From positions 41,586 through 105,585 of the forward strand of contig JBMNNJ010000002.1 in NCBI GenBank assembly GCA_050953885.1: a stretch of DNA of 64,000 nt, written 5' to 3'. Each line of letters starts with the position of its first letter. The stretch's first letter is position 1. The position numbers were made by a program, and so were the translations under genes. The notes beneath the pieces were generated by a model, which saw only the letters and a program-made list of their open reading frames with translations, made no database searches and was not told where the DNA came from. Shown piece after piece: positions 48,399 to 58,737 of the stretch. Origin of the DNA: Patescibacteria group bacterium (GTDB taxonomy: Bacteria > Patescibacteriota > Microgenomatia > 0-14-0-10-38-17).

Positions 48399-49400
48399 CT
48401 ATTTCTCCTTCTTTTTCTTTCCCCCTTCTCCCTCAATATCAATCTCATAACCGGTTAATTCGGAAGCCAGGCGTACATTTTGGCCATTTTTACCAATCGC
48501 CAGAGAAAGTTGGTCCTCGGGCGCCAAAACTTTTGCCCGTTTTTCTTTTTCATCAATTTCAATTTTCAAGTTTTCGGCCGGCAGAAGAGCCGCCTCAATC
48601 ATCTCTTGGGGATTATTACTATATTGGATCACGTCAATTTTTTCTCCCCCCAAACTGTTAATCACTTGAGTAACCCGGACTCCTTTCTGACCTACACAAG
48701 CTCCCACCGGATCCACATTGCGGCGTTTAGAATAAACAGCAATTTTAGTTCGCACCCCCGGTTCCCGCGCTATTGCTCTAATCTCCACCGTTCCATTGGC
48801 AATCTCGGGCACTTCTCGCCGAAAAAGCGCTTCCACCAATTCCCTCGTGGCGCGCGAGAGAATAATTCGCCGCTCCTCTCCTTCGCCGCTAATTTCTTTA
48901 ATATAAAAATCAAATTTCACCCCCGGTAGATAATCTTCTCCTTTTAACTGCTCGCTTGGGGGCAAAAACCCGTAAGTGCGGCCAATATCAATAATCGCCT
49001 GCTTCTGATAATCATCAAAGCGGATTACTGTTCCCTGCACCACGGTGCCGATTTTCCCCTGATAATCGTCAATCACCGCCATTTTTTCCGCCTCTCTTAC
49101 TTTCTGGATAATCACCTGCTTGGCCACCTGGGTGGCAATCCGGCCAAAACCAGGCGGGGTCACCTCTTCCTTGCCTTTCTTGCCTTTAATAAAAACTTTT
49201 GCCTCACCCGTCTTCTCGTCGATAATCACCTCATAATCGCCTTCCGGGGCAACACCATTTTTTTCCTGATAATCTTTTTCAAAAGCGGCTAAGATCGCCT
49301 CAATAATTGCCTCAATAATTGCCTCGGCGTCAATGTGGCGCTCCCGAGCCAGTTCTTCCACGGCAGTGGCAAACTCAGTTCGTTGTAATGTTCTTGGCAT
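48399..49400 (-). CDS. nusA: Transcription termination/antitermination factor NusA
   Basis: FGRIATQVAKQ, AREPGVRTKIAV, AIGKNGQNVRLA. Confidence 0.97.
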   Translation of the reverse strand: MPRTLQRTEFATAVEELARERHIDAEAIIEAIIEAILAAFEKDYQEKNGVAPEGDYEVIIDEKTGEAKVFIKGKKGKEEVTPPGFGRIATQVAKQVIIQKVREAEKMAVIDDYQGKIGTVVQGTVIRFDDYQKQAIIDIGRTYGFLPPSEQLKGEDYLPGVKFDFYIKEISGEGEERRIILSRATRELVEALFRREVPEIANGTVEIRAIAREPGVRTKIAVYSKRRNVDPVGACVGQKGVRVTQVINSLGGEKIDVIQYSNNPQEMIEAALLPAENLKIEIDEKEKRAKVLAPEDQLSLAIGKNGQNVRLASELTGYEIDIEGEGGKKKKEK

Positions 49401-49429
49401 AAAAAATTAAATTTAAATTAATATTAAAA

Positions 49430-49449
49430 AAGGTGGGTCGCCCCACCTT
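49430..49449 (-). promoter_or_regulatory. nusA leader hairpin (resembles the rimP/nusA leader motif)
   Basis: Minus strand aaggtggg-gcga-cccacctt followed by a U-tract. Confidence 0.55.
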
Positions 49450-49563
49450 AAAACCTCCCTTTCTGCGAAAATTCTTTCCCTACTTTTCTTTCATCGTCCC
49501 CAAAAATTCTTAAGTTAAGATTGTTTTTAATTTAACACAACCACCCCTTAAAGTCAAACACTG

Positions 49564-49878
49564 TGTACTGGCTGACCACATCGGCCTGCCTGCCGGCAAG
49601 GCAGGTAACACTTTAAAGAATCTTTCTTGAGCATACCCTAAGGGTGTTTGGTAATCAAGGGCTTGATGAGGACGATGAGCACGGTCTTCAATAAACCATT
49701 TAGTTAAAAAAAGATTAGCCTGACTAATGTTATCAAGCCCTACCAGGCTTGGGGACAACCATTCTTCCTGAAGAGTCCGGTTGAATCTTTCTGAGGAAGC
49801 ATTATCCTTAGGCTGTCTTACCCAAGAAGAGACTGGGGTGATATTAAGATCTTGACAGGCTTTGGTAAAGTGTCCGGC
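49564..49878 (-). pseudogene. IS481-like transposase 3' remnant with its terminal end
   Basis: PKDNASSERFNRTLQEEW...RPHQALDYQTP...MWSAST; terminal TGT at 49564. Confidence 0.8.
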
Positions 49879-49880
49879 AG

Positions 49881-50065
49881 GAAAGTTTCTTTGGCCATTT
49901 TAAATTAGAAGCCGGAGGCCTAAATCGTTTTAAATTACTTGGAGAACTGATTGAATACATTTACCAACAAGGATATTATTAAATAAACGAATTCACTCAG
50001 TTCTTAAAATGACGCCAACAGAAAAAAGAAAGGGGATGACTGTCTAAAAAATTAGGTACTTGACA
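49881..50065 (+). pseudogene. IS3-family transposase 3' remnant with right IR
   Basis: ESFFGHFKLE...YY* then frameshift to NKRIHSVLKMTP; ends TGTCTAAAAAATTAGGTACTTGACA. Confidence 0.8.
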
Positions 50066-50185
50066 TTTTTATGCCCTCTAATTCTTCTTTATCAAATATT
50101 CCCCACCCCTTCAAAACCAGCGGTGGCTTTAATTTTGAGTTTTTGTTTGAATTTATTCTATCCATTGTTTTATTTTTGGTAAAAC

Positions 50186-52714
50186 TTATAAAGAAATTAT
50201 AAGCGCATCAGGGGATAGTTCCGAAGGCAGTTTAGCAACTAACTCAATTTTTCCTACTTTAGAAAAATTCCTAATGTCATCTAAAAATGGTCTTAGAAGA
50301 TTCTGCGTCTCAGAATCGCAAATAATTAAAAGTAAAGGAAATGCCCCCCCCAATCTTATGTTTCTCTCTGTCTTGCCTTTTCTGATTTTTTCTAGTATAG
50401 AAAGAGCTGTCTCTGCCCCTTTCTTTATCTTATTATTGATCTTGGTCTTTTGGGCATCCAGAGAGAACCAAGAACAAAGATGAATACTTGAGACTCTTTC
50501 GTGTTGGTAAAAAAACCCTTTGTCTTTAGCGGACCTTAATCTTAAACCTGTGGGAGATTGTTCACAATAACTATGATACATCTCCTCTGTGATATGTGGC
50601 AAAAAGGGCGCCGCCATTTTAAGAACAGCTAGATATGCATGATATAAAGCATACTGGGCAGAGCGTCGACGTTCCTCGTCTTGTCCATAAATTCTCCCCT
50701 TAGCTATTTCTAAATAATCATCACAAAAATCTCTCCAGAAAAATTCCTCAAATATTTGTTTTGCCTTTCCAAATTCATATCTTTCAAATTCGCGTGCTAT
50801 CTTGGCAGTCGTTTCTTGAACTTTGGACAAGATCCAGCAATCAAAAGCCTCAAGAACTTCTTGGGCTATTTCCTCCTGGGGGTTAAAATCCTGTAAATTA
50901 GAAATGGCAAATTTCCCCGCGTTATATAATTTTGTCACTAATTTCTCACCCTTTTTTATTTCCTTTTCCTCAAAATAAACATCTTTGCCCAATGCTCCTC
51001 CAGACATGGCATAACGGATAGCGTCAGCTGAATATTGATCAATCAATTTTTCCGGGTCGTACTGGCCTCCCCCCGTTTTTTTACTTATTTTCTCCCCCTT
51101 TTTAGCCAATATATGACCGGAAATCATAATATCTTTCCAAGGAACTTCATTATGAAGTAGAAGCCCCATCAAAATAGTATAAGTCGCCCAGGTTCTAATA
51201 ATATCGTGAGCCTGAGGTCTCATTGACATAGGATACATCTTGCCGGTTAAAGAACCATTAAGAGGATGGTTGTTATTAATATCGGGTGTTAAAGCAGAAG
51301 TAAACCATGTGTCTAGAACACCCGTTTCTGGCTGGATATTCTTCGACCGACAGCGAGAGCAATTTCTTTCTTTTTTATCTAGTCGAGGATCAATTGGTAA
51401 CTCTTCGGGTTTCGGCAGTATAATTTCCTCGCAGTCTTGGCAATAAAAAAGAGGGATAGGAATACCGAAAAATCGCTGTCTTGAGATACACCAATCCCAT
51501 CCAAGTCCTTCAACCCAATTAAGATATCTTTTTTTCATATGCGGAGGATACCAATTAATTTGTTCAGCGGCGGTCAGAAGCTGAGGCTTCATTTCTAAAA
51601 TTTTAACAAACCATTGAGTAATAGGAATAATTTCAATCGGTTCTCCGCAGCGCTCATGAACACTAATTTCATGGGTGATGGGCTTTTCTTCTTTAATTAA
51701 TCCCTTTTTTCTCAACTCGCTTACTAATATCCTTCTTCCTTCCACAACAGATTTTCCTTCCATCCCGGAGATACCAACCTCGGTGGTAAACCTTCCTTTT
51801 TTATCAAGAATGATTCTTTCTGGAAGATCGTGAATTCTTGCCCAATAAACATCAGTGCTATCTCCATAGGTGCAACACATTACCGCTCCTGTTCCTTTTT
51901 CCATGGAAACTTTATCATCAGCAAGAACCTTAACTTTTGATCCCAAGGGCGTTTCTACTTCGGTTCCCACGATATCTTTGTATCTTTTGTCATCAGGATG
52001 GATAAAGACAGCCACGCAGGCAGGAAGAAGTTCAGGCCTCGTGGTAGCAATTATTAACTCGCCTCTACCGGGGTTTCTAAAAATTAAATCATAAAAAATC
52101 CCTGAGCACTCCTTATCTTCAACTTCTGCCTGGGCGACCGATGTTTGGCATTCAGGACAATATAGAGCTGGGGATTCTTTCTTGTAAATTAGCCCCTTTT
52201 CAAAAAGCTTTATAAAGTTCTCTTGAGATAATCTTTGTACTTCTGAAGAGATTGTAGAATATTCTAACCGTAGGTCCCATCTAAAACCAAGTTTTCGAAA
52301 CAAATCTTCGTATTTCGGTACGAAACGAGCAACAACTTTAAGACATCTTCGAGTAAATTCCTCCGTCCCAACCACAGAAGGATCTATATTCTCTTCCTTT
52401 TCAACTAATCTCTCGGTAGGAAGACCATTGTTATCAAGACCAAAGGGATAACGAACATTAAATCCCGCCATTCTTCGGTAAGCGGCTATAACCTCTGCCT
52501 GAGTGTAGGAAAAAACATGTCCCAAATGAAGCTTTCCGGAAATAGTTGGAGGCGGAGTATCAATAGTAAAAAGCGATCCAGAGGCTTCTGGATTAAAACG
52601 AAAAATTTCTTTCTGTCCCCAAAATTTTTGCCAATACGGTTCTTGAGAGTGATGGTTATATCTTTCGGAAAATTCTGTTCCTCTTCTCATAATTCTTTCT
52701 TCATCCATAATCAC
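50186..52714 (-). CDS. valS: Valine--tRNA ligase (archaeal-like/type 2)
   Basis: IDTPPPTISGKLHLGH, GTGAVMCCTYGD, WCISRQR, RPQAHDIIRTW, KISKK in place of KMSKS. Confidence 0.93.
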   Translation of the reverse strand: MIMDEERIMRRGTEFSERYNHHSQEPYWQKFWGQKEIFRFNPEASGSLFTIDTPPPTISGKLHLGHVFSYTQAEVIAAYRRMAGFNVRYPFGLDNNGLPTERLVEKEENIDPSVVGTEEFTRRCLKVVARFVPKYEDLFRKLGFRWDLRLEYSTISSEVQRLSQENFIKLFEKGLIYKKESPALYCPECQTSVAQAEVEDKECSGIFYDLIFRNPGRGELIIATTRPELLPACVAVFIHPDDKRYKDIVGTEVETPLGSKVKVLADDKVSMEKGTGAVMCCTYGDSTDVYWARIHDLPERIILDKKGRFTTEVGISGMEGKSVVEGRRILVSELRKKGLIKEEKPITHEISVHERCGEPIEIIPITQWFVKILEMKPQLLTAAEQINWYPPHMKKRYLNWVEGLGWDWCISRQRFFGIPIPLFYCQDCEEIILPKPEELPIDPRLDKKERNCSRCRSKNIQPETGVLDTWFTSALTPDINNNHPLNGSLTGKMYPMSMRPQAHDIIRTWATYTILMGLLLHNEVPWKDIMISGHILAKKGEKISKKTGGGQYDPEKLIDQYSADAIRYAMSGGALGKDVYFEEKEIKKGEKLVTKLYNAGKFAISNLQDFNPQEEIAQEVLEAFDCWILSKVQETTAKIAREFERYEFGKAKQIFEEFFWRDFCDDYLEIAKGRIYGQDEERRRSAQYALYHAYLAVLKMAAPFLPHITEEMYHSYCEQSPTGLRLRSAKDKGFFYQHERVSSIHLCSWFSLDAQKTKINNKIKKGAETALSILEKIRKGKTERNIRLGGAFPLLLIICDSETQNLLRPFLDDIRNFSKVGKIELVAKLPSELSPDALIISL

Positions 52715-52770
52715 AATTTAGGAATAGCATTTGGTAAATTTTATTATAATAGTCATTACATATCAAGAGA

Positions 52771-52820
52771 GTGTACTGGCTGACCACATCGGCCTGCCTG
52801 CCGGCGAGGCAGGCCGATGT
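52771..52820. repeat. Isolated copy of the IS481-like end with a CCTGCC..GGCAGG palindrome
   Basis: 52771-52813 equals 49563-49605 except for one base. Confidence 0.85.
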
Positions 52821-52878
52821 ATCTTGGCGCGGGCGCAAACCGCGCGGACTATTTACCCGCCGTAGGCGGGCCTGTTCC

Positions 52879-53688
52879 CTATTCAAAATTTATCTTGGCT
52901 AATTTCAAGCTAGGGTTTTGACTTTTACCCAAAAAAAACCTTACTAACGAAGGGTAAGGGGAATCTTTTTTCGTAAAATAAAGCTTGAGAGAACGTCCGC
53001 GGCTTAATTTTTTCTCCAAATCGTCATGCCTTTTAAAATAATCCCTCAATTTTTCAGCGACAATTTCTCCCTGAGTAATAATTCTTACTCCCGGCATTAA
53101 CGCTTCAATTTGGCGGGCAATTGAATTATAGTGAGTACAGCCTAAAACTAAAACGTCAACTTTTTCTTTTTTTAAAGGCGCCAAGGAAGCACTTAAAATT
53201 TTTTTAAAACCTTGACTTTTAAAATCTCCTTTTTCAATTCTCTCCACTAATCCCGGGCAATCTTTTTGACAAAAAATAAGTTCTTTTTGGGGAAAAACTT
53301 TCTTAAAATCATTATAAAAAATATTGGCCTTAATGGTATTCGTCGTCCCGATAAAACCAATTTTCCCAAAATGATGATCAGCCAAAAATTCGCTCGTCGG
53401 GCGAATAATCCCTAAAATTTTAATTTTTTTTCCGAATTCCTTCTGAATTGTCGGGAGGGCCACCGCCGTCACCGTATTGCAGGCAAAAATTACCAAAGCG
53501 CAGTCTTTCTTTATAAAAAAGGGGATAATTTTCCGCGCCCAAAAAATAATCTCCTTACAAGGGCGGTTACCGTAAGGAACATGAAGATTATCTCCTAAAT
53601 AAAGATAATCATAAAAAGGAAGCTCTTTTCTTAAGGCTTTTAGAATAGATAAACCCCCCAAGCCGGAATCAAAAACGCCAATTTTCAT
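52879..53688 (-). CDS. murI: Glutamate racemase
   Basis: MKIGVFDSGLGG, PYG, ACNT, LGCTHY. Confidence 0.95.
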   Translation of the reverse strand: MKIGVFDSGLGGLSILKALRKELPFYDYLYLGDNLHVPYGNRPCKEIIFWARKIIPFFIKKDCALVIFACNTVTAVALPTIQKEFGKKIKILGIIRPTSEFLADHHFGKIGFIGTTNTIKANIFYNDFKKVFPQKELIFCQKDCPGLVERIEKGDFKSQGFKKILSASLAPLKKEKVDVLVLGCTHYNSIARQIEALMPGVRIITQGEIVAEKLRDYFKRHDDLEKKLSRGRSLKLYFTKKDSPYPSLVRFFLGKSQNPSLKLAKINFE

Positions 53689-53757
53689 AAAAATAATTTT
53701 AACAAAAAAGCGCAATATTGCCCCAAAACAAAGAAAACTTTTTGCTATAATAAAGCT

Positions 53758-54162
53758 ATGTCTGAAAACGAACCAACAGAAACTATTCCCCCTTCTGAAA
53801 ATACCAAAGAAATGTCACTTTGCCCCCCAAAAACAGATTCTCTTAAAGAATGGGAAACTTATTTAAAAGAAATGGGCTTGGCAGTAGATCGGGGTGAAAA
53901 TCCCCAAGAAATTACCTTAAGCACTTTGGCTCGCTTCGGTGAAAAAAACCGCCCTCCCGATTATAATCATGAAAACGATCTATATATCGGTAATACTCCA
54001 GAACTCTACGATGAGGATGCGGTCCAATGCGACGCCAGAATTGGCGCCGATGCTGCCCGGCAAAAGCCGGAAGAATTTGAAAAATTTATCAAAAAATCGC
54101 TAGCAGGACAAAGCAAAAAAGGTAATAAAGAGAAAAATAACGTTAATGACGCCGGAGTCTAG
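53758..54162 (+). CDS. Hypothetical protein
   Basis: 134-aa ORF directly after TGCTATAAT; overlaps the next gene. Confidence 0.6.
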   Translation: MSENEPTETIPPSENTKEMSLCPPKTDSLKEWETYLKEMGLAVDRGENPQEITLSTLARFGEKNRPPDYNHENDLYIGNTPELYDEDAVQCDARIGADAARQKPEEFEKFIKKSLAGQSKKGNKEKNNVNDAGV

Positions 54163-54973
54163 CGCCTATCATCAAGATGAAAATTTGACCAAATTAGCCC
54201 AGTTAGCACAAGGTGTCTTCCGGCTTTCCTCCCCCGAGAGAAATTGGATGTTTTACGATTCCGAGCATCCCAAGGAAAAGATATTCAATCTTTATCAAAT
54301 ATTTTCCCAAATTCGCACTAATTTTTCCCAAAAAAACGCCTCTTTTTTGGATTGCGGTAGCGGCAATGGTCTGGTTACTCTTATTGCCAACATCGCCGGA
54401 TTTGAAAAAGTTTACGGTATAGAAAAAAACCGGCCGTTATTTCTTGAAGCTCAAAATAATCTTTCTTACTGCCAAGAACAGAACTTACTTAAAAATGGTG
54501 TCGTCTATTTCTTCAACGCCTCTTATTACCAGCTTGTTAATCATCACGAAGACGTTGTTGCCTCTTGCCTTAGGGAACTTAATAATTTTTATGAGCAAGA
54601 CGGAATTTTTTATAGCTCAAGCCTCTTAGAATATGCTCGGGCCTTATTAGAAGAAAAAAATCATTCTCTTAAAAAAATGGTCGGAAACTACTTGTCCCCC
54701 CCTGATAGCAATAAAAATTTAAAAAATTCCTCGCTTTTAAGAGACGGCCAGCTAACTGCTGATTTTGTTTATATTTATCCCGCCGACTTATTTTTTAGCC
54801 GCGTCTTTTTGCCCCAAATAGCAAAACTTTTAAAAAAAGAGGCTTCTTTAGGAATTCTTTCTCCGGCTGATGATAAAAGCGAAATTGAAAAGGATTTACT
54901 TCAAAAAAAAGAAGAAATTAAACTCTCCGCCAAGCCTGTTTCGCTGGTTTTATCAATTTTTCAAAAGAGATAA
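54146..54973 (+). CDS. Class I SAM-dependent methyltransferase-like protein
   Basis: FLDCGSGNG motif I, VYGIE. Confidence 0.7.
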   Translation: MTPESSAYHQDENLTKLAQLAQGVFRLSSPERNWMFYDSEHPKEKIFNLYQIFSQIRTNFSQKNASFLDCGSGNGLVTLIANIAGFEKVYGIEKNRPLFLEAQNNLSYCQEQNLLKNGVVYFFNASYYQLVNHHEDVVASCLRELNNFYEQDGIFYSSSLLEYARALLEEKNHSLKKMVGNYLSPPDSNKNLKNSSLLRDGQLTADFVYIYPADLFFSRVFLPQIAKLLKKEASLGILSPADDKSEIEKDLLQKKEEIKLSAKPVSLVLSIFQKR

Positions 54974-55043
54974 TTTCCCTAAAAATACCCAAACAGAAAC
55001 TTTACCCCTTGCCATTAGGGAAAAAATCAGTTAAAATATTTTT

Positions 55044-55736
55044 ATGATTGAAAAAAGCAAAGAAAAAACCGCCAAGAAAGCTTCCGGAAAAGTAAAAGCA
55101 AAAGTTAGCCAGCCAAAGACGATGAGTCAAGAAAAAACCCCGGCAGAAGAAAAATCTTTCAAAATTTCCGTCAAAAAGCTGATTATTTTCTTGGCGATTA
55201 TTATCATTGGTTTTCTCCTTTATCAAAATAAAGATTTATTTATCGTCGCCACTGTTAATAACCGCCCCATTAGCCGCCAACGTTTTAACCAGCAAATAGA
55301 ATCCCAATATGGCCAGCAGGTTTTGGAAACCATGATTAATGAGGAGCTGATTAAGCAGGCCGCCAAGGATCAAAACATTGTTATTGATCAGGAAAAAATT
55401 AACGAGGAAATGGCTAAAATTGAAAAAAGCCTGCCGGAGGGAATGAACCTTGACCAGGCTCTCCAAATGCAAGGAATGAGCCGGGAAAATCTGGAAGAGC
55501 AAATGCGGTTGCAACTGGCCATTGAGGAGATTTTGGCGCCTAAGATTCAAATTACCGATGAAGAATTAAAACAATATATTGAAGAAAATAAAGATTATTT
55601 CTCGGCAACACAAGAAGCGCAAATCAGGGAAGAGGCCCAAGAAGGCCTGCGCCAACAAAAATTAAACCAGAACTTCCAAGCATGGCTTCAGGAATTAACC
55701 GAGAAAGCCAATATTAACCGCTGGCTTAAGTTTTAA
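55044..55736 (+). CDS. SurA N-terminal-domain/PrsA-like membrane chaperone
   Basis: [38 protein letters not shown]. Confidence 0.85.
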   Translation: MIEKSKEKTAKKASGKVKAKVSQPKTMSQEKTPAEEKSFKISVKKLIIFLAIIIIGFLLYQNKDLFIVATVNNRPISRQRFNQQIESQYGQQVLETMINEELIKQAAKDQNIVIDQEKINEEMAKIEKSLPEGMNLDQALQMQGMSRENLEEQMRLQLAIEEILAPKIQITDEELKQYIEENKDYFSATQEAQIREEAQEGLRQQKLNQNFQAWLQELTEKANINRWLKF

Positions 55737-56569
55737 AGCCCCCACGCCTTTAATTTTTCCTCCTGTTCACGAGTTAATTTTTGGGGCATTTTAAGTTTCA
55801 ACCTCACATATAAATCCCCCCGACCGCGACCGTTAAAACGAGGTACGCCTTGGCCACGCAAACGAATCATTATTCCCGGCGCTGTCCCCGGCCGAATTCG
55901 TAACTTTAAATTCTTCCCTTCAACCGTCGGCACTTCAATTTTATCTCCAAAAACCGCTTGGGTAAAACTTATTTCCTGCTCTACAATTAAATCATCACCC
56001 TGACGAATAAAGTGGGGGTCGGGCAAAACTTCAACCACCAGGTAAAAATCGGGAAATTTAATCCGCGAACCGTTATCTACCCCGGCGGGAATTTTAATTT
56101 TTCTCCGTTTTCCCTCGATTTCTACCTCTTTTTGTGTTCCCAAAATTGCTTCTCTCTGCGTTATCCTCACCTGATAAGTAGGAAGCCTTTGCTGACGATA
56201 GCCGGAGAAGGGGGAGCGTTGGCCAAAAAAACTTTCAAAAATCTCAAAGGGGTCGGAAAAGCCACCAAAAAGATCCTCTAAATCACCAAAGTTAACAGTA
56301 TAAGAAAATGGGCCTTCTTGCCCTCCCGCCCCGGGGAAACCCTGCCTAAACGCTTCATGGCCAAACTGATCATACGCTTGCCGCTTGGCCGGATCAGAAA
56401 GCACTTCGTAGGCCTCGTTAATCTCCTTAAATTTTTTTTCTGCCTCCGCATCCTTATTACGATCCGGGTGCCATTTTAGCGCCAAACGACGGTAAGCTTT
56501 TTTAATCTCCTCAACGCTAGCATCGCGGGAAACACCCAAAATCTCGTAAAAATCTTTATTATCGGCCAT
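55733..56569 (-). CDS. dnaJ: DnaJ-family J-protein (no Cys-rich zinc finger)
   Basis: [16 protein letters not shown] region, GDLYV. Confidence 0.9.
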   Translation of the reverse strand: MADNKDFYEILGVSRDASVEEIKKAYRRLALKWHPDRNKDAEAEKKFKEINEAYEVLSDPAKRQAYDQFGHEAFRQGFPGAGGQEGPFSYTVNFGDLEDLFGGFSDPFEIFESFFGQRSPFSGYRQQRLPTYQVRITQREAILGTQKEVEIEGKRRKIKIPAGVDNGSRIKFPDFYLVVEVLPDPHFIRQGDDLIVEQEISFTQAVFGDKIEVPTVEGKNLKLRIRPGTAPGIMIRLRGQGVPRFNGRGRGDLYVRLKLKMPQKLTREQEEKLKAWGL

Positions 56570-56614
56570 AATATTTCAAACATTATGGAATAGCGCAGTT
56601 TACTGTGCACCAAT

Positions 56615-56685
56615 TATTCGCTCATTCGTATCCATTCGTTTTTAATTCGTGTCAATTCGCGTTTTTTAATAATTTAGCAATTTGC
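56615..56685. repeat. ATTCG arm downstream of dnaK
   Basis: ttcgtatccattcgtttttaattcgt exactly complements the arm at ~58751-58776. Confidence 0.85.
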
Positions 56686-56741
56686 TTATCATGCCTCATG
56701 AATAGGGGAAATTTGAAGCAAAGAATTTACCTTCGTCTTTC

Positions 56742-58673
56742 TTAGCTAACCACTTCGCCTTCTTCGGGCTCATCCTCTCCTTTTTTCTCATCCCCTTCGC
56801 CTTTATTTTCATCTTGAGGTTGGTTCGGGGTCTGCTCTGCACCGTTCTGTTGTGGGGCCTGATAAACCTCCTGACTTATTTTCTGAAGCTCTTCTAAAAG
56901 CTCGTTGGTTCTTCTTTCTACCTCCTCTTTCTCCGGTTTTTCTTGTTTCAAAAGCTCCTGAAGAGATTTTATTTTCTCTTCCACCGCCTCTTTCTCCGCC
57001 GGTTTTACTTTCTCGCCTAAATCCTTAATTGTTTTCTCCGCCGTATAAACAGCATTTTCGGCTTTATTTTTTGCCTCAATAAGTTCTTGCTGACGCCTGT
57101 CTTCCTCGGCGTGAGCCTCCGCTTCGGCCCGCATTCGCTCGACCTCTTCCTCGGAAAGCCCCGTCGCTCCCTTGATAACAATACTTTGCGACCGCCCTGT
57201 TGCCTTATCTTTGGCGGTGACGTTTAAAATGCCATTAGCATCGATATCAAAAGTAACCTCAATTTGGGGTATTCCTCGCGGCGCCGGCGGAATCCCGTCG
57301 AGGATAAATTCACCTAAAGATTTATTATCTTTAGCTAAGGGTCGTTCTCCTTGAATAACATGAACCTCCACCTGAGTTTGACTATCAGCCGCGGTGGTGA
57401 AAACCTGCGACCGCGAAACAGGAATAGTGGTATTTTTTTCAATTAAAGGCGCCACCACTCCCCCTAAAGTTTCCACTCCTAAGGTTAGGGGAGTAACATC
57501 AAGTAAAACCACATCTTTTACCTCTCCTGACAAAACTCCCCCCTGAATGGCCGCTCCTAAAGCCACCGCTTCGTCCGGATTAACCGACTGGTTAGGTTTT
57601 TTACCAAAAAACTCCTCCACAATCTGCTGCACCTTGGGCATTCGCGTCTGACCACCCACCAAAATCACCTCATTAATGTCAGAGGCTTTCATTTTCGCGT
57701 CTTTTAAGCAGGCTTCCACTGGCGGAGTTAAGCGCGCCAAAAGATCAGCAGTAAGTTGCTCTAATTTAGCCCGGCTTAACTTTACCGATAAATGAAGAGG
57801 GCCTTCTTTTCCTTGAGTGATAAAGGGAAGATTAATCTCTGTTTCGGCGGCAGTGGAAAGCTCAACTTTAGCCTTTTCCGCCGCATCTTTTATCCGTTGC
57901 ATTGCCTGACTGTCGGTGGCCAAATTTATCCCGTATTCTTTCTTAAATTCTCCCACCACATATTCCTCAATTTTCCGGTCCCAATCGTCTCCTCCCAAAT
58001 GGGTATCCCCATTGGTCGCCTTTACCTCATAAACCCCCTCCCCAAGCTCCAAAATAGAAATGTCAAACGTTCCCCCACCCAAATCAAAAACCGCTACCGT
58101 TTGCACTTCTTTCTTATCCAGACCATAAGCAAGCGCGGCCGCCGTAGGCTCATTAATAATCCGGGCCACTTTCAGACCGGCGATTTCCCCCGCTTCCTTG
58201 GTTGCCTGCCGTTGGGAATCGTCAAAATAAGCGGGGACAGTAATCACTGCCTGTTCTACTTTCTCGCCCAAATAAGCCTCAGCATCTTTTTTGGCTTTTT
58301 GCAAAATCTTGGCGGAAATTTCTTGAGGCGTAAATTGACGACCATCTTCTGTTTCCACCACCGCCAAATCATTTTTCCCTCTGACCACTTTATAGGGAAG
58401 CCATTTAATATCCTCCTGCACCAAAGGGTCGCTAAAACGGCGTCCCATTAACCGCTTCACCGAGAAAAAGGTGTTTTTGGGATTAATAACCATCTGCCGT
58501 TTAGCCGGCTCACCCACCAAGCCTTTAATTGGTTCCACCACCGACGGGATTAACCGCCCTCCCTCCGCGGTGGTGATAATTACCGGTTTACCGCCTTCCA
58601 TAATCGCCACCGCCGAGTTGGTGGTGCCCAAATCAATACCAATAATTTTGGTAGTTACTTTTTCGTTAGCCAT
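56742..58673 (-). CDS. dnaK: Chaperone DnaK
   Basis: [30 protein letters not shown]. Confidence 0.99.
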   Translation of the reverse strand: MANEKVTTKIIGIDLGTTNSAVAIMEGGKPVIITTAEGGRLIPSVVEPIKGLVGEPAKRQMVINPKNTFFSVKRLMGRRFSDPLVQEDIKWLPYKVVRGKNDLAVVETEDGRQFTPQEISAKILQKAKKDAEAYLGEKVEQAVITVPAYFDDSQRQATKEAGEIAGLKVARIINEPTAAALAYGLDKKEVQTVAVFDLGGGTFDISILELGEGVYEVKATNGDTHLGGDDWDRKIEEYVVGEFKKEYGINLATDSQAMQRIKDAAEKAKVELSTAAETEINLPFITQGKEGPLHLSVKLSRAKLEQLTADLLARLTPPVEACLKDAKMKASDINEVILVGGQTRMPKVQQIVEEFFGKKPNQSVNPDEAVALGAAIQGGVLSGEVKDVVLLDVTPLTLGVETLGGVVAPLIEKNTTIPVSRSQVFTTAADSQTQVEVHVIQGERPLAKDNKSLGEFILDGIPPAPRGIPQIEVTFDIDANGILNVTAKDKATGRSQSIVIKGATGLSEEEVERMRAEAEAHAEEDRRQQELIEAKNKAENAVYTAEKTIKDLGEKVKPAEKEAVEEKIKSLQELLKQEKPEKEEVERRTNELLEELQKISQEVYQAPQQNGAEQTPNQPQDENKGEGDEKKGEDEPEEGEVVS

Positions 58674-58737
58674 TTTTACTTTTAGCTTAATAAATAATAA
58701 AGGTTAAAAAACAAATTTTCAAGAGAGAAAACAAATA

